Virus record (IMG/VR): IMGVR_UViG_3300032242_000488
Location: 32,001-96,000 of that record
Strand: one strand, 5' to 3'
Source: a virus
Length of the DNA stretch: 64,000 bases
Shown: piece after piece, positions 45,375 to 54,071 of the stretch
Position numbering within the stretch: the stretch's first letter is position 1
Layout: each line of letters begins with the position of its first letter
Notes under the pieces: model-generated
Database searches by the model: none
Seen by the model: only the letters and a program-made list of their open reading frames with translations
Told to the model about the DNA's origin: nothing
Made by a program: the position numbers and the translations under genes

Positions 45375-45689
45375 ATGTCAACACACAACGACATAAAATT
45401 AGTAAAATGGTTATTTCTATTATTGTTATTACCATTGTGCCTAGCATACTTTAGCGGAGATCGTTTTCGCTATCCTTGCCAGGACCCAAAAAACTGGGAC
45501 AAAGATTTTTGTAAAATGCCAATATGTGATGTTACAAGAACTTGCCCCGAACATATTTTTAAAGGTCAACGCGACCCTAGACTAGGACCCCCAAAAGATG
45601 GACAAACTCAAACACCTACTCAAACATTTACGCCAACTCCCTCAGCGAGTTTTGGCCCTACTGCACAAGGAGCAAACTGTGGAAAATAA
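45375..45689 (+). CDS. Membrane-anchored Cys-containing protein in the lysis cassette
   Basis: AAGGAG SD; N-terminal TM; DRFRYPCQDP.NW...C..P.C....CP. Confidence 0.7.
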   Translation: MSTHNDIKLVKWLFLLLLLPLCLAYFSGDRFRYPCQDPKNWDKDFCKMPICDVTRTCPEHIFKGQRDPRLGPPKDGQTQTPTQTFTPTPSASFGPTAQGANCGK

Positions 45690-46287
45690 TCAAACACCCC
45701 TAATGTATACCGAAGAGCAACTAATGGCTCGACTAAAATTCTTTATTGGCATTTGTCTATCATTGACATTGTTTGGTATTGTATTTGTTGTGTTATATTC
45801 TTTGATCTTTGTAACACAACCACTTAATGCTATCAGTCCAATTGACTCTAAGTTTTTTGAATTAATTATTCCTATTGCTACATTCTTAACAGGTACATTA
45901 TCTGGTATTATGTTAGCAAGCCCTGGCGATAAAGAAGCACAGAAACAGGCACTGACAGCGGCTAATGCAGGATGGTCACGTCCGCCTAGCCCAACACCAA
46001 CAGCACCATCAGGAGGATTTGGAAGTGGCGCAACAGCATCAACAACAGGATTTGGCGGCGGGGCTCCAGCATTTGGCGCACCTTCAACAGGAGGCTTCGG
46101 TGCCCCCAGCACAGGTTTTGGTTCAGCACCGCTTGGCGGCAACACCGCAAGTAGCTTTGGCGGAAGCGGGTTTGGAGGCGCACCTTCAACAGCAGTTGCT
46201 CCGGTACCAAGCTGGGGAACAACACCAGTAGCAATGACAGCAGGTGGTAAGGCTATTGTACCAGATATGCCACAACCAGAACTATAA
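45679..46287 (+). CDS. Two-TM membrane protein (holin-like) with an FG-repeat low-complexity tail
   Basis: GTG start after AAGGAG; two TM helices; tail GGFGSG..TGFGGGAPAFGAPSTGGFGAPSTGFGSA...SFGGSGFGG. Confidence 0.7.
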   Translation: MENNQTPLMYTEEQLMARLKFFIGICLSLTLFGIVFVVLYSLIFVTQPLNAISPIDSKFFELIIPIATFLTGTLSGIMLASPGDKEAQKQALTAANAGWSRPPSPTPTAPSGGFGSGATASTTGFGGGAPAFGAPSTGGFGAPSTGFGSAPLGGNTASSFGGSGFGGAPSTAVAPVPSWGTTPVAMTAGGKAIVPDMPQPEL

Positions 46288-46306
46288 TCATTTTAAGGAG
46301 CGATAT

Positions 46307-46450
46307 ATGTTAGAAACATTATTTTATATTTTTGTAGGAGCATTCATTGGGTGGAATTTTCCACAACCTGAATTTGCAAAAAATATACAAGCCAAGTATT
46401 TGCAAAAGTACATTGACAAGTTAAAAGTTATTTTATTCTTTTGGAAATAA
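46307..46450 (+). CDS. Small membrane protein (47 aa)
   Basis: AAGGAG SD; MLETLFYIFVGAFIGWNFPQP. Confidence 0.7.
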   Translation: MLETLFYIFVGAFIGWNFPQPEFAKNIQAKYLQKYIDKLKVILFFWK

Positions 46451-46452
46451 CT

Positions 46453-46665
46453 ATGAACTGGCTGCAAAGTATGTTATCAGATGGGGCTAATAACTCCATC
46501 TCTAGTAAAAGAGTAATCACAGTATTAGCATTTTTGCTATGCGGTGTAGGATATCTTGCTAGTATGTACGGAGTTCATGTAGACAATAAGCTATATGATT
46601 CTATGATGTACATAGTAGTTGCAGGATTAGGTTTTACAGCAAGCGAAAAGTTTGCATCAAAATAA
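46453..46665 (+). CDS. Putative small two-TM holin
   Basis: MLSD....SSKRVI TM1 ... TM2 AGLGFTASEKF; lysis-cassette context. Confidence 0.55.
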   Translation: MNWLQSMLSDGANNSISSKRVITVLAFLLCGVGYLASMYGVHVDNKLYDSMMYIVVAGLGFTASEKFASK

Positions 46666-46675
46666 GGAAAATAAA

Positions 46676-46906
46676 ATGAAAAAATTATTAGCAATTGTAT
46701 ATCTAGTAGGAATCTACTCAGTATGCCTTGTAGCTACTACAAATATGGCCTATGCTGAAGCAGTAGTTAAAGAAGTTTGCACACCAAAAGTAGACAAAGC
46801 CGGCAAACCAGTTTTGGATAAAGCAGGTAAGCAAGCTGAAGATTGCAAGAAAATTAAAACCCATAAAAAGGTAGAAGGCGATAAAGTTCCAGACGGCAAG
46901 AAGTAA
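46676..46906 (+). CDS. Small secreted basic protein
   Basis: AAGGA SD; signal peptide ending AYA; two Cys in the mature part. Confidence 0.65.
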   Translation: MKKLLAIVYLVGIYSVCLVATTNMAYAEAVVKEVCTPKVDKAGKPVLDKAGKQAEDCKKIKTHKKVEGDKVPDGKK

Positions 46907-46914
46907 AATTCTTC

Positions 46915-46961
46915 TTGACATAAGTAAAAAGGTATAGTATAATCATTACTATGCCTTTTTT
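46915..46961 (+). promoter_or_regulatory. sigma70 promoter for dnaJ overlapping a terminator hairpin
   Basis: TTGACA (46915-20), 17 bp spacer, TATAAT (46938-43); stem AAAAAGGTATAGTA/TACTATGCCTTTTT with the -10 box at its apex. Confidence 0.8.
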
Positions 46962-46978
46962 CACCAATAAAATAAAAT

Positions 46979-47809
46979 ATGGACTATTATAATGTATTAG
47001 GCGTTCCTAGAGGTGCTAGCTCCGAGGACATTAAGAAAGCCTATAGAAAACTAGCCGCAGTCCACCATCCAGATCGTGGTGGTGATACCTCACAGTTTCA
47101 AAAACTACAAGAAGCATACGCAACACTCAGTGACGATCAAAAACGTGCCGAGTACGATAATCCGCAACCACAATTTGGTGGGCCAGGAGGATTCCACTTC
47201 CATACAGGAAATATGAATGACATATTTGGTAATATGTTTGGTGGACCGTTTGGCGGATTCCAACAACGTGGAATGATGCGTAAAAATAAATCTATCAACA
47301 TCACTGTACAGATGACTCTCAAAGATATCCTGCATGGTAAAGATATTGTTGGTAGCATCCGTTTACCGTCTGGTAGAGAACAAGCAATCCAACTTAAAAT
47401 CCCTAAGGGTGTTGCTATGGGAGATAGTATTCGATTCCACGAAATGGGCGACGATACTCATCCGCAACTACCTCGAGGCGACCTAATTGCTATTATTGAA
47501 GAAGTACCGCATCCACAGTTTGAGCGTAGAGGTCCGGACTTGTACACAACTGCACCGATATCAGTATTTGATACAATGCTAGGAACTTCTATTAAAATTC
47601 AAACTATAGATGATTCTACATTAGACATCACAGTTCCAGCAGGGATTAATCCAGGTACTACAATGTGCTGTCATCAATACGGGTTGCCAATTGGCATGCA
47701 CGAACATCGTCGAGGAAACTTATATGTTAAGATCGATGTTGTTGTTCCAAAAAATGTGGATTACCAAGATGCTGAAATTTTAAAGCAATTAAAAGCCAAG
47801 TACGGTTGA
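46979..47809 (+). CDS. dnaJ: DnaJ-class co-chaperone (type II/CbpA-like, no Zn finger)
   Basis: DYYNVLGV...IKKAYRKLA..HHPDR J-domain, G/F-rich linker, DnaJ_C (GDL, GNLYV). Confidence 0.9.
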   Translation: MDYYNVLGVPRGASSEDIKKAYRKLAAVHHPDRGGDTSQFQKLQEAYATLSDDQKRAEYDNPQPQFGGPGGFHFHTGNMNDIFGNMFGGPFGGFQQRGMMRKNKSINITVQMTLKDILHGKDIVGSIRLPSGREQAIQLKIPKGVAMGDSIRFHEMGDDTHPQLPRGDLIAIIEEVPHPQFERRGPDLYTTAPISVFDTMLGTSIKIQTIDDSTLDITVPAGINPGTTMCCHQYGLPIGMHEHRRGNLYVKIDVVVPKNVDYQDAEILKQLKAKYG

Positions 47810-47833
47810 CAACTGTTTTAATTCGTGTATAAT
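47806..47833 (+). promoter_or_regulatory. sigma70 promoter for clpA
   Basis: TTGACA (47806-11, containing the dnaJ TGA), 16 bp spacer, TATAAT (47828-33). Confidence 0.7.
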
Positions 47834-47860
47834 TAACTTATCATAACCTAAGGAAACGTA

Positions 47861-50113
47861 ATGGTAGAACCAAGTGATCAATTACAAGTAGTATTTGAAA
47901 AAGCAGTTGAAGACTGTAAAAAACTATCGCATGAGTATGTTACTCTAGAGCATTTAGTATATGCTATGCTATGCGAAGAAAAATTCTTTGAACTACTAAG
48001 TAATTTTGGTGCTGATACTACATATATCAAAACCAATTTAGAGCACTATTTGAAAAATAATCTTGACGAGATTAAAATAGAAAATGCTCCAAAAGGATTT
48101 AAACCTAAAAAGACTCAAACAGTCGAACGTGTGCTTAATCGTGCGTTCACACAGGTTCTGTTTAGTGGACGTCAAAGTATTGAACTTGTTGATGTGTTTC
48201 TAAGTATCCTTAGCGAAAAACGTAGCTATGCAGTCTACTATATCAATAAGGGCGGTATTGAACGAGAAAAATTTGCTGACTTTGTTAATAACGAACTCAA
48301 CGAAGAGGAAGAAGATACTGTAGTAGATGCCCAAAGTGAAAAAGCACTTAGAGCATTTACAACTAACCTTAACGATCAAGTCAAGAAAGCCAAGATCGAT
48401 CCTGTGATTGGTCGAGTAGAAGAACTTGAACAAATTGCATTGGGCTTAGGTCGTCGTACTAAAAATAACGTATTGTTAGTAGGTGATCCGGGTGTTGGTA
48501 AGACTGCTATCGCAGAAGGACTTGCATTTAACATCATTCACGGTGCTGTTCCAGAGTTCTTAAAAGAATACACAGTTTATAACTTAGACATTAGTTCTAT
48601 GTTAGCAGGCAGTAAATATCGCGGTGACTTTGAAGAAAGATTTAAACTTGTTCTTAAGGCATTAACTGGTAAAGGTAAAACTATTCTATTCATTGACGAA
48701 GCACACATGATTAGTGGTGCAGGTGCAGGTGGTGGAAATAGCAGTAACGACCTTGCTAACATGATGAAGCCAGCACTGAGCAAGGGCAATATCAAAGTTG
48801 TTGCTTCAACTACTTGGGAAGAATTCCGCAAGTACTTTGAAAAGGATCGTGCCTTGATGCGTCGATTCCAACGTATTACTATCGATGAACCTACTCCAGA
48901 AATGGCCATTGAGATTCTTAAGGGTATCAAGAAGTACTACGAGAAACATCACAATGCTACAATTACAGATACTGCGGTTGAGTCAGCAGTTAAACTAAGT
49001 GTCAAGTATTTACCAGATCGTAAGTTACCAGATAAGGCCATTGATTTGATTGACGTTGCTTGCTCACGTTTTAATATCAAACAAGTTGATAACAGAAATG
49101 TTGATGTAGCTGAAATTCAATTTGAACTTAGTAAAATGGCTAACTTGCCTGAAGAAACTGTCAAGGAAAAAGAAAGCGAAAATCTTGTTAACCTTGAAAA
49201 GAATCTTAAAGGTGAAGTTTACGGACAAGACGAAGCTATTACAGAAGTTGTTGACAAGATCTTTGTTGCACAAGCTGGATTGAAAGCAGAAAACAAGCCT
49301 ATTGGATCATTTGTGTTTATGGGGCCAACTGGTGTTGGTAAAACAGAAGCCGCTAAACAATTGGCTAAACAACTAGGCATCCCAATGATCCGCTTTGATA
49401 TGAGTGAATATCAAGAGAAGCACTCTGTGTCCAAGCTCATTGGATCGCCTCCGGGTTATGTTGGCTTTGAAGAAAATGCTGGCCTATTGATTACTAAACT
49501 ACAAGAGCAACCACATTGTGTTCTATTGCTAGACGAGATTGAAAAGTCACACCCAGATGTGTCAACTATCTTGTTGCAGTTAATGGACAATGGTAAGGTC
49601 ACCGGATCTAATGGTAAAGAAGCTGATTGCCGTAATGTAGTTCTTATTATGACAACTAACTTAGGTGCCGCTGATGCAGATCGAAACGTTATTGGCTTTG
49701 GTAGCCAAGAAAATGACTACGAAGATAAAGAACTTAAGAAGTTCTTTGCTCCAGAGTTCCGTAATCGTTTAGATGGTATTATTACATTCAGCAAGTTAAG
49801 CAAAGAAACAATGATCAAGATCGTTGGCAAGTTCCTAGTTGAACTTAAAACACAGGTTAACGATAAAGGTATTACTGTTACTATCAGTAATGAAGCTATT
49901 GATTACTTGGTTGAAAAAGGCTTTGATAGCAAGATGGGTGCTCGTCCGTTACAACGTGTTATTGACAAAGACGTTAAGCGTCCGTTGTCACGTGAGATGT
50001 TGTTTGGCAGTTTAAAAGATGGTGGCGCTGTTGAAATTGATGTTAATGATGACGGTATTATATTAAAAACTAAACAGAATGTATCAGAAGAAAACTACCA
50101 AGCTATTCTTTAA
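47861..50113 (+). CDS. clpA: ATP-dependent Clp protease ATP-binding subunit ClpA
   Basis: HEYVTLEHL N-domain, two AAA+ modules (GDPGVGKT; GPTGVGKT), no ClpB middle domain, VIGF ClpP-docking loop, MGARPL. Confidence 0.92.
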   Translation: MVEPSDQLQVVFEKAVEDCKKLSHEYVTLEHLVYAMLCEEKFFELLSNFGADTTYIKTNLEHYLKNNLDEIKIENAPKGFKPKKTQTVERVLNRAFTQVLFSGRQSIELVDVFLSILSEKRSYAVYYINKGGIEREKFADFVNNELNEEEEDTVVDAQSEKALRAFTTNLNDQVKKAKIDPVIGRVEELEQIALGLGRRTKNNVLLVGDPGVGKTAIAEGLAFNIIHGAVPEFLKEYTVYNLDISSMLAGSKYRGDFEERFKLVLKALTGKGKTILFIDEAHMISGAGAGGGNSSNDLANMMKPALSKGNIKVVASTTWEEFRKYFEKDRALMRRFQRITIDEPTPEMAIEILKGIKKYYEKHHNATITDTAVESAVKLSVKYLPDRKLPDKAIDLIDVACSRFNIKQVDNRNVDVAEIQFELSKMANLPEETVKEKESENLVNLEKNLKGEVYGQDEAITEVVDKIFVAQAGLKAENKPIGSFVFMGPTGVGKTEAAKQLAKQLGIPMIRFDMSEYQEKHSVSKLIGSPPGYVGFEENAGLLITKLQEQPHCVLLLDEIEKSHPDVSTILLQLMDNGKVTGSNGKEADCRNVVLIMTTNLGAADADRNVIGFGSQENDYEDKELKKFFAPEFRNRLDGIITFSKLSKETMIKIVGKFLVELKTQVNDKGITVTISNEAIDYLVEKGFDSKMGARPLQRVIDKDVKRPLSREMLFGSLKDGGAVEIDVNDDGIILKTKQNVSEENYQAIL

Positions 50114-50732
50114 CAAATACGTTTATAAGGTAGCAATCCGTACTCCGTTGTCTACGCTGTTTAGAGGTAAAAATCTTCCAAACACTAGACAACAGATTGA
50201 GGTATTGTCTGAACGTTTTGATAACAAGCGTGTATCGTCTACTAGTATAACCAATGGGTGGCGTAGTAGACAACAGGCTACATCAACAGATGTGTTTGTT
50301 GGACTACTATTACTAGACCAATTAGACTCGTTAAGTGATTTTACACTCAGGGTTGAAAATAGTACACTAGGGTTATACTGTAATGATTTAGACTTTATCT
50401 CAAAAGTTACCAATATTGTTGGTATTAATGTAGAAGAAATTGCAGTACCTGAAACCGATGACGTCCGTGACTTTTTGTTGTCAAATCCCAAGTCCATTAT
50501 CCGCGGAGAGTATACACACAAGTATAAAGTAACGGTTAATGCGCTATGGGAATCTGCTGATAACTTTAAAGCATGGGCTGTTAAATTGCCTAAAATTAAG
50601 ACTACTAATAACAAATATCGCTTTGGCGGTCACTTTTATGTAGCAGATGAAAAGACTCTGAGCCTTTGCCACATCTTTTTAGCTGATAAAATACGCAAAG
50701 TAGAACAGCTAGTCACTACAACGGAAATTTAA
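50079..50732 (+). CDS. Hypothetical protein (217 aa)
   Basis: ORF overlapping the clpA end; T.KLFFNKYVYK N-terminus. Confidence 0.65.
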   Translation: MYQKKTTKLFFNKYVYKVAIRTPLSTLFRGKNLPNTRQQIEVLSERFDNKRVSSTSITNGWRSRQQATSTDVFVGLLLLDQLDSLSDFTLRVENSTLGLYCNDLDFISKVTNIVGINVEEIAVPETDDVRDFLLSNPKSIIRGEYTHKYKVTVNALWESADNFKAWAVKLPKIKTTNNKYRFGGHFYVADEKTLSLCHIFLADKIRKVEQLVTTTEI

Positions 50733-50748
50733 CCTAACTTCAAAATAG

Positions 50749-50756
50749 CATAAATA
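50749..50756 (+). promoter_or_regulatory. Late promoter box CATAAATA heading the head-cargo cluster
   Basis: Intergenic NNTAAATA. Further copies at 54786-93, 59326-33 and 60032-39. Confidence 0.7.
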
Positions 50757-50779
50757 CTCTATAATAAGGTATCTGTGCT

Positions 50780-51124
50780 ATGAGAATGGATGAAGTTGCA
50801 AACTCAGTGATTAATTTAGAAGAAATAGATCTGCCTGCAGATTTACATTTTTTCATGCATAACGATCACAATTTTTACCGCAAGGTGTTTTTTCCTATGA
50901 TTAGCAAGGTTAAAGCACACATTAAAGCAGGTAATCGTTGCCACGATGGCGTATTCCGTCCTGTAGTTGATACTGCCGCAGAAACATACTGCAAAAAGTT
51001 TAATATTCCCGACAATCACAAGTCTGTATTCACAGATGTTGATCGTGATGAGCTAGCCCGTAAGATTTTTGGTCAAGAAAAAGATCGTATTGAGCAGGGC
51101 GACTATGATGGAGACGACCAATGA
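50780..51124 (+). CDS. Hypothetical late protein (114 aa)
   Basis: AAGG SD; DL.FFM.ND..FYRK.FFP motif. Confidence 0.7.
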   Translation: MRMDEVANSVINLEEIDLPADLHFFMHNDHNFYRKVFFPMISKVKAHIKAGNRCHDGVFRPVVDTAAETYCKKFNIPDNHKSVFTDVDRDELARKIFGQEKDRIEQGDYDGDDQ

Positions 51125-51882
51125 TTTTATTAGAAGGCGGTAATGTATTTGCCAATGCAACTCCATTCGATCACAAAGATGTTCCTGCAATACTTAAAAC
51201 AATCAACGGCGCACTAGCCGGTACCGGTATTACTGCTATTCCCGTCGGTTCGGCTGCTACACCAAAACACGGTCATACTAGCGGAGATATGGACGTTATT
51301 GTAGACGAACAGGCAGTACTAAACTACTTCAAAGCTAAGGATGCCAAAGCAGGCCGTAAGGCACTTAATGATTATATCAGCAGTAAAGGTTTAGAAACTG
51401 CACAAAGTGGTATCAATGTACACGTAAACGTTCCTGTTAACGGAGAGTTTCATCAAGTAGACGTTATGGTATCAGCTAATGCTGAGAAAGTGTCAAAATT
51501 TCACACCCATGCTATTCCAGATAACAGTCCTTACAAGGGCGTTAACAAACAACTAATGATGGCCATACTTGCCAAACAAAAGAACTATATGTGGTCAGCA
51601 TGGCAAGGTCTGTTTAGTCGTACACCAGAAGGTAAGAAGGGTGAACTAGTTGCCGATAACTTGGATGATGTTGCCAAACACCTGTTTGGTCCTAACGGTA
51701 GTGCTAAAGATTTAGGAAGTGTCGAAGCCATCCTTGCCGCATTACCTAAACCAGAAGCAGATGCACTATTGGCCAAAGCCAAAGAAGATGCTAACTGGAA
51801 AGAAGTACCAGTCAAGCAAGAAAGTTATCGTATTGGAACTAACGAATGGTTCCGTCATATGTTGGATAAGGTACAGCTATGA
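51121..51882 (+). CDS. Pol-beta-superfamily nucleotidyltransferase
   Basis: PVGSA.......SGDMDVIVD (GS...DxD) with a third acidic residue in HQVDVM; N-terminal MILLE|GGNVF. Confidence 0.7.
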   Translation: MILLEGGNVFANATPFDHKDVPAILKTINGALAGTGITAIPVGSAATPKHGHTSGDMDVIVDEQAVLNYFKAKDAKAGRKALNDYISSKGLETAQSGINVHVNVPVNGEFHQVDVMVSANAEKVSKFHTHAIPDNSPYKGVNKQLMMAILAKQKNYMWSAWQGLFSRTPEGKKGELVADNLDDVAKHLFGPNGSAKDLGSVEAILAALPKPEADALLAKAKEDANWKEVPVKQESYRIGTNEWFRHMLDKVQL

Positions 51883-53021
51883 GACTAAGACAACTGTTTA
51901 AAGAAGCAGAAGCACCTAAACAGTTAGGTCGAGCATTTAACCACCTAGAAGATCTAGTTTTCTTTCACGGTACTAAAGGCACACTTGAAGCACTAAGTCA
52001 TATTAAAGACTTTGCCAGTCAAGAAGGCGCACAGAGTATTCGTATGAAGTGGGACGGCAATCCACAAATATATTGGGGTCGTGCAGAAGCCAACGGTCCT
52101 TTAATATTAGCAGGACACAATGGTTGGAGCAAAGGTGCTGTAACAGACAGCCCAGAAGCTGTACAAGATTTTATTGCTAATAAATCTGGTAGTCCAAAGA
52201 CTCCAGAAGAAAAAGCAAGCCGTGATAAGTTTGCTAGCGAGTTCGCTAGCCTATATCCCCTGTTTGATAAAGCAACACCACGTGACTTTGTGGGTTTTGT
52301 CTATGCTGACGGTTTGTTCTTACAAAAGCCTGCGGCAGACAAAGAAGGTGTATACACATTCTGTCCTAATCCAAAGAGTCAAACTTGCTATCACGTTCGT
52401 GCTAATAGTCCACTAGGTAAACGCATCAGTGGCGCACAAGTAATGGTTGTGGGACATGCGTTCTTTCCAGAGTTTGGTATGCCTGATGCTAGTCAAAAGC
52501 CTATTAGTGACTTTAGTCAGTTTAACAGCAATCCACAACTAATCGTTCTTGGTCCAATATACAACAGCAAGCCTGTTAAGATTGACACTACCGCAGTTGA
52601 TGCCGTAGAACAGTTTGCACAAGCACACGGTCCACAGATGGACAGTTTCCTACAAGGACTTCCGGGACTAGGCGACCTAAAAAATATTATCTACACTTAT
52701 GTAAATCAAACAGCCAAAGCAAAACAGTTAGACTCGCTAAGTCCAAAACATTTTACAGAATGGTTGGCAGCTTCAAAGACTAGTCCGGGCAAACAACAAA
52801 AGATTAATGATCTAGTGGCGGCTAATCCAACAGCACTAGCAACTATCTTTACATTAGTAAAACGTATACAAGCAATGAAAGATGATATCATTGATCAAAT
52901 CGAAGGCGAACAAGGTGAGATATGGGATACGCACGGCGAAGGTCGTGTGCGTTATGCAGATCAAACTAAACAGCTAGGTCACGTTAAACTTGTACCTCGC
53001 AAGCGTTGGACACCGACCTAA
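51879..53021 (+). CDS. ATP-dependent ligase-like (covalent nucleotidyltransferase) protein, DUF6267-like
   Basis: Motif I KWDG, motif III-like YADGLF, motif IV GEGRV, motif V KLV; N-terminal MRLRQLFKE. Confidence 0.6.
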   Translation: MRLRQLFKEAEAPKQLGRAFNHLEDLVFFHGTKGTLEALSHIKDFASQEGAQSIRMKWDGNPQIYWGRAEANGPLILAGHNGWSKGAVTDSPEAVQDFIANKSGSPKTPEEKASRDKFASEFASLYPLFDKATPRDFVGFVYADGLFLQKPAADKEGVYTFCPNPKSQTCYHVRANSPLGKRISGAQVMVVGHAFFPEFGMPDASQKPISDFSQFNSNPQLIVLGPIYNSKPVKIDTTAVDAVEQFAQAHGPQMDSFLQGLPGLGDLKNIIYTYVNQTAKAKQLDSLSPKHFTEWLAASKTSPGKQQKINDLVAANPTALATIFTLVKRIQAMKDDIIDQIEGEQGEIWDTHGEGRVRYADQTKQLGHVKLVPRKRWTPT

Positions 53022-53030
53022 GGACTTATT

Positions 53031-54071
53031 ATGAAACTAAGACAACTATTTGAAGGAATGGGGCAGGAAGTTGCCATTATATTCGGTCGCTTTAACCCTC
53101 CGCATAAAGGACATAGAGCCGCATGGGAACTTGCCGCAAAGAGTCCTATTTGGTATGTAGGTACTAATGAAAGTACAGTAGGTCCAAAGGATCCATTACC
53201 ATACGGCATCAAAGTAGAAGCAATGACTGCCATATGGCCAGAAGTTGAAGGACATATTATTGCAGAAACTTCATGGCTAACACTAGCTAGCCTAGTATAT
53301 GAGAAGCACGGAGATGTTACACTATTCTGCCTAACTGACGAAGATTGGGTTACTAAGACTATTGTTCAATACAATGGTAAAGAAGGTGCTCATGGTTTCT
53401 ATAACTTTAAAACTATTAAACAAAAGCCAACACCGCGTTTAAGTTCAGCTACTGCTTTACGTGACGCAGTAACAAAAGGCGATCGTGAAGCATTTGCTAA
53501 TGCCGCGGGTGTTCCAGCAGATACTCCTGTAGCAGGTAAACCATTCTTTGATCTTGTAGCAGAATACCTGCTACCATACTCTAATGCACCTGTAAAGAAA
53601 ACTGCAAAGAAGAAAGTGGCTGCACCTGTAGAAGGTGTAGAAGAAAGTATGTTGCCAGCTAGTGCGTTTGCAGGCAGTTCTAAATACAAAATGGGACAAG
53701 CAGGACAATGGCGTAACGACGGTCCTAGTAAGAATCGTCCGGCACGTCGAGGCGACCTAGTTGGATCCACAGATGAGTCCGAAGGTAGTCCGGAAGGTCT
53801 TCCACACTTAACAAAGACCATGCTAACACACATTGTACAGCAAGTTGGCTCAGAGGGCGCACACGCTATTATTAAAAGTTTAGAGTGGGGTGATGGTGCT
53901 AGTAAAGAACTTCTACATTTGATTGTTCAAGACATAGAAGACGATATAAAAGCCAACGACTTTAGACAAGAAGATGCAGCCGGCGTAGGTATCATTACTA
54001 AGCAAAACTCAACTGTAGATGTAAACAAAGGCACACCACGCAAAAATCTTAAAGCATTTAAACTAGCATGA
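53031..54071 (+). CDS. HIGH-superfamily (cytidylyl/adenylyl-transferase-like) enzyme with appended peptide modules
   Basis: IIFGRFNPPHKGH, KDPL, SSATALR (KMSKS-equivalent); N-terminal MKLRQLFE. Confidence 0.8.
   Translation: MKLRQLFEGMGQEVAIIFGRFNPPHKGHRAAWELAAKSPIWYVGTNESTVGPKDPLPYGIKVEAMTAIWPEVEGHIIAETSWLTLASLVYEKHGDVTLFCLTDEDWVTKTIVQYNGKEGAHGFYNFKTIKQKPTPRLSSATALRDAVTKGDREAFANAAGVPADTPVAGKPFFDLVAEYLLPYSNAPVKKTAKKKVAAPVEGVEESMLPASAFAGSSKYKMGQAGQWRNDGPSKNRPARRGDLVGSTDESEGSPEGLPHLTKTMLTHIVQQVGSEGAHAIIKSLEWGDGASKELLHLIVQDIEDDIKANDFRQEDAAGVGIITKQNSTVDVNKGTPRKNLKAFKLA

Noticed and set aside
45690-46234. Pro/Gly-rich antisense ORFs (45690-46145, 45986-46234) and the Gln-rich frame 45965-46231
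   Set aside because: These are by-products of the low-complexity, stop-poor FG-repeat coding sequence.
46979-50113. Bacterial chromosomal DNA or contamination (dnaJ, clpA, fdxA, dps, desaturase)
   Set aside because: These genes share the composition, tight packing and promoter motifs of the flanking phage genes and are interleaved with them, so they are best read as phage auxiliary genes.
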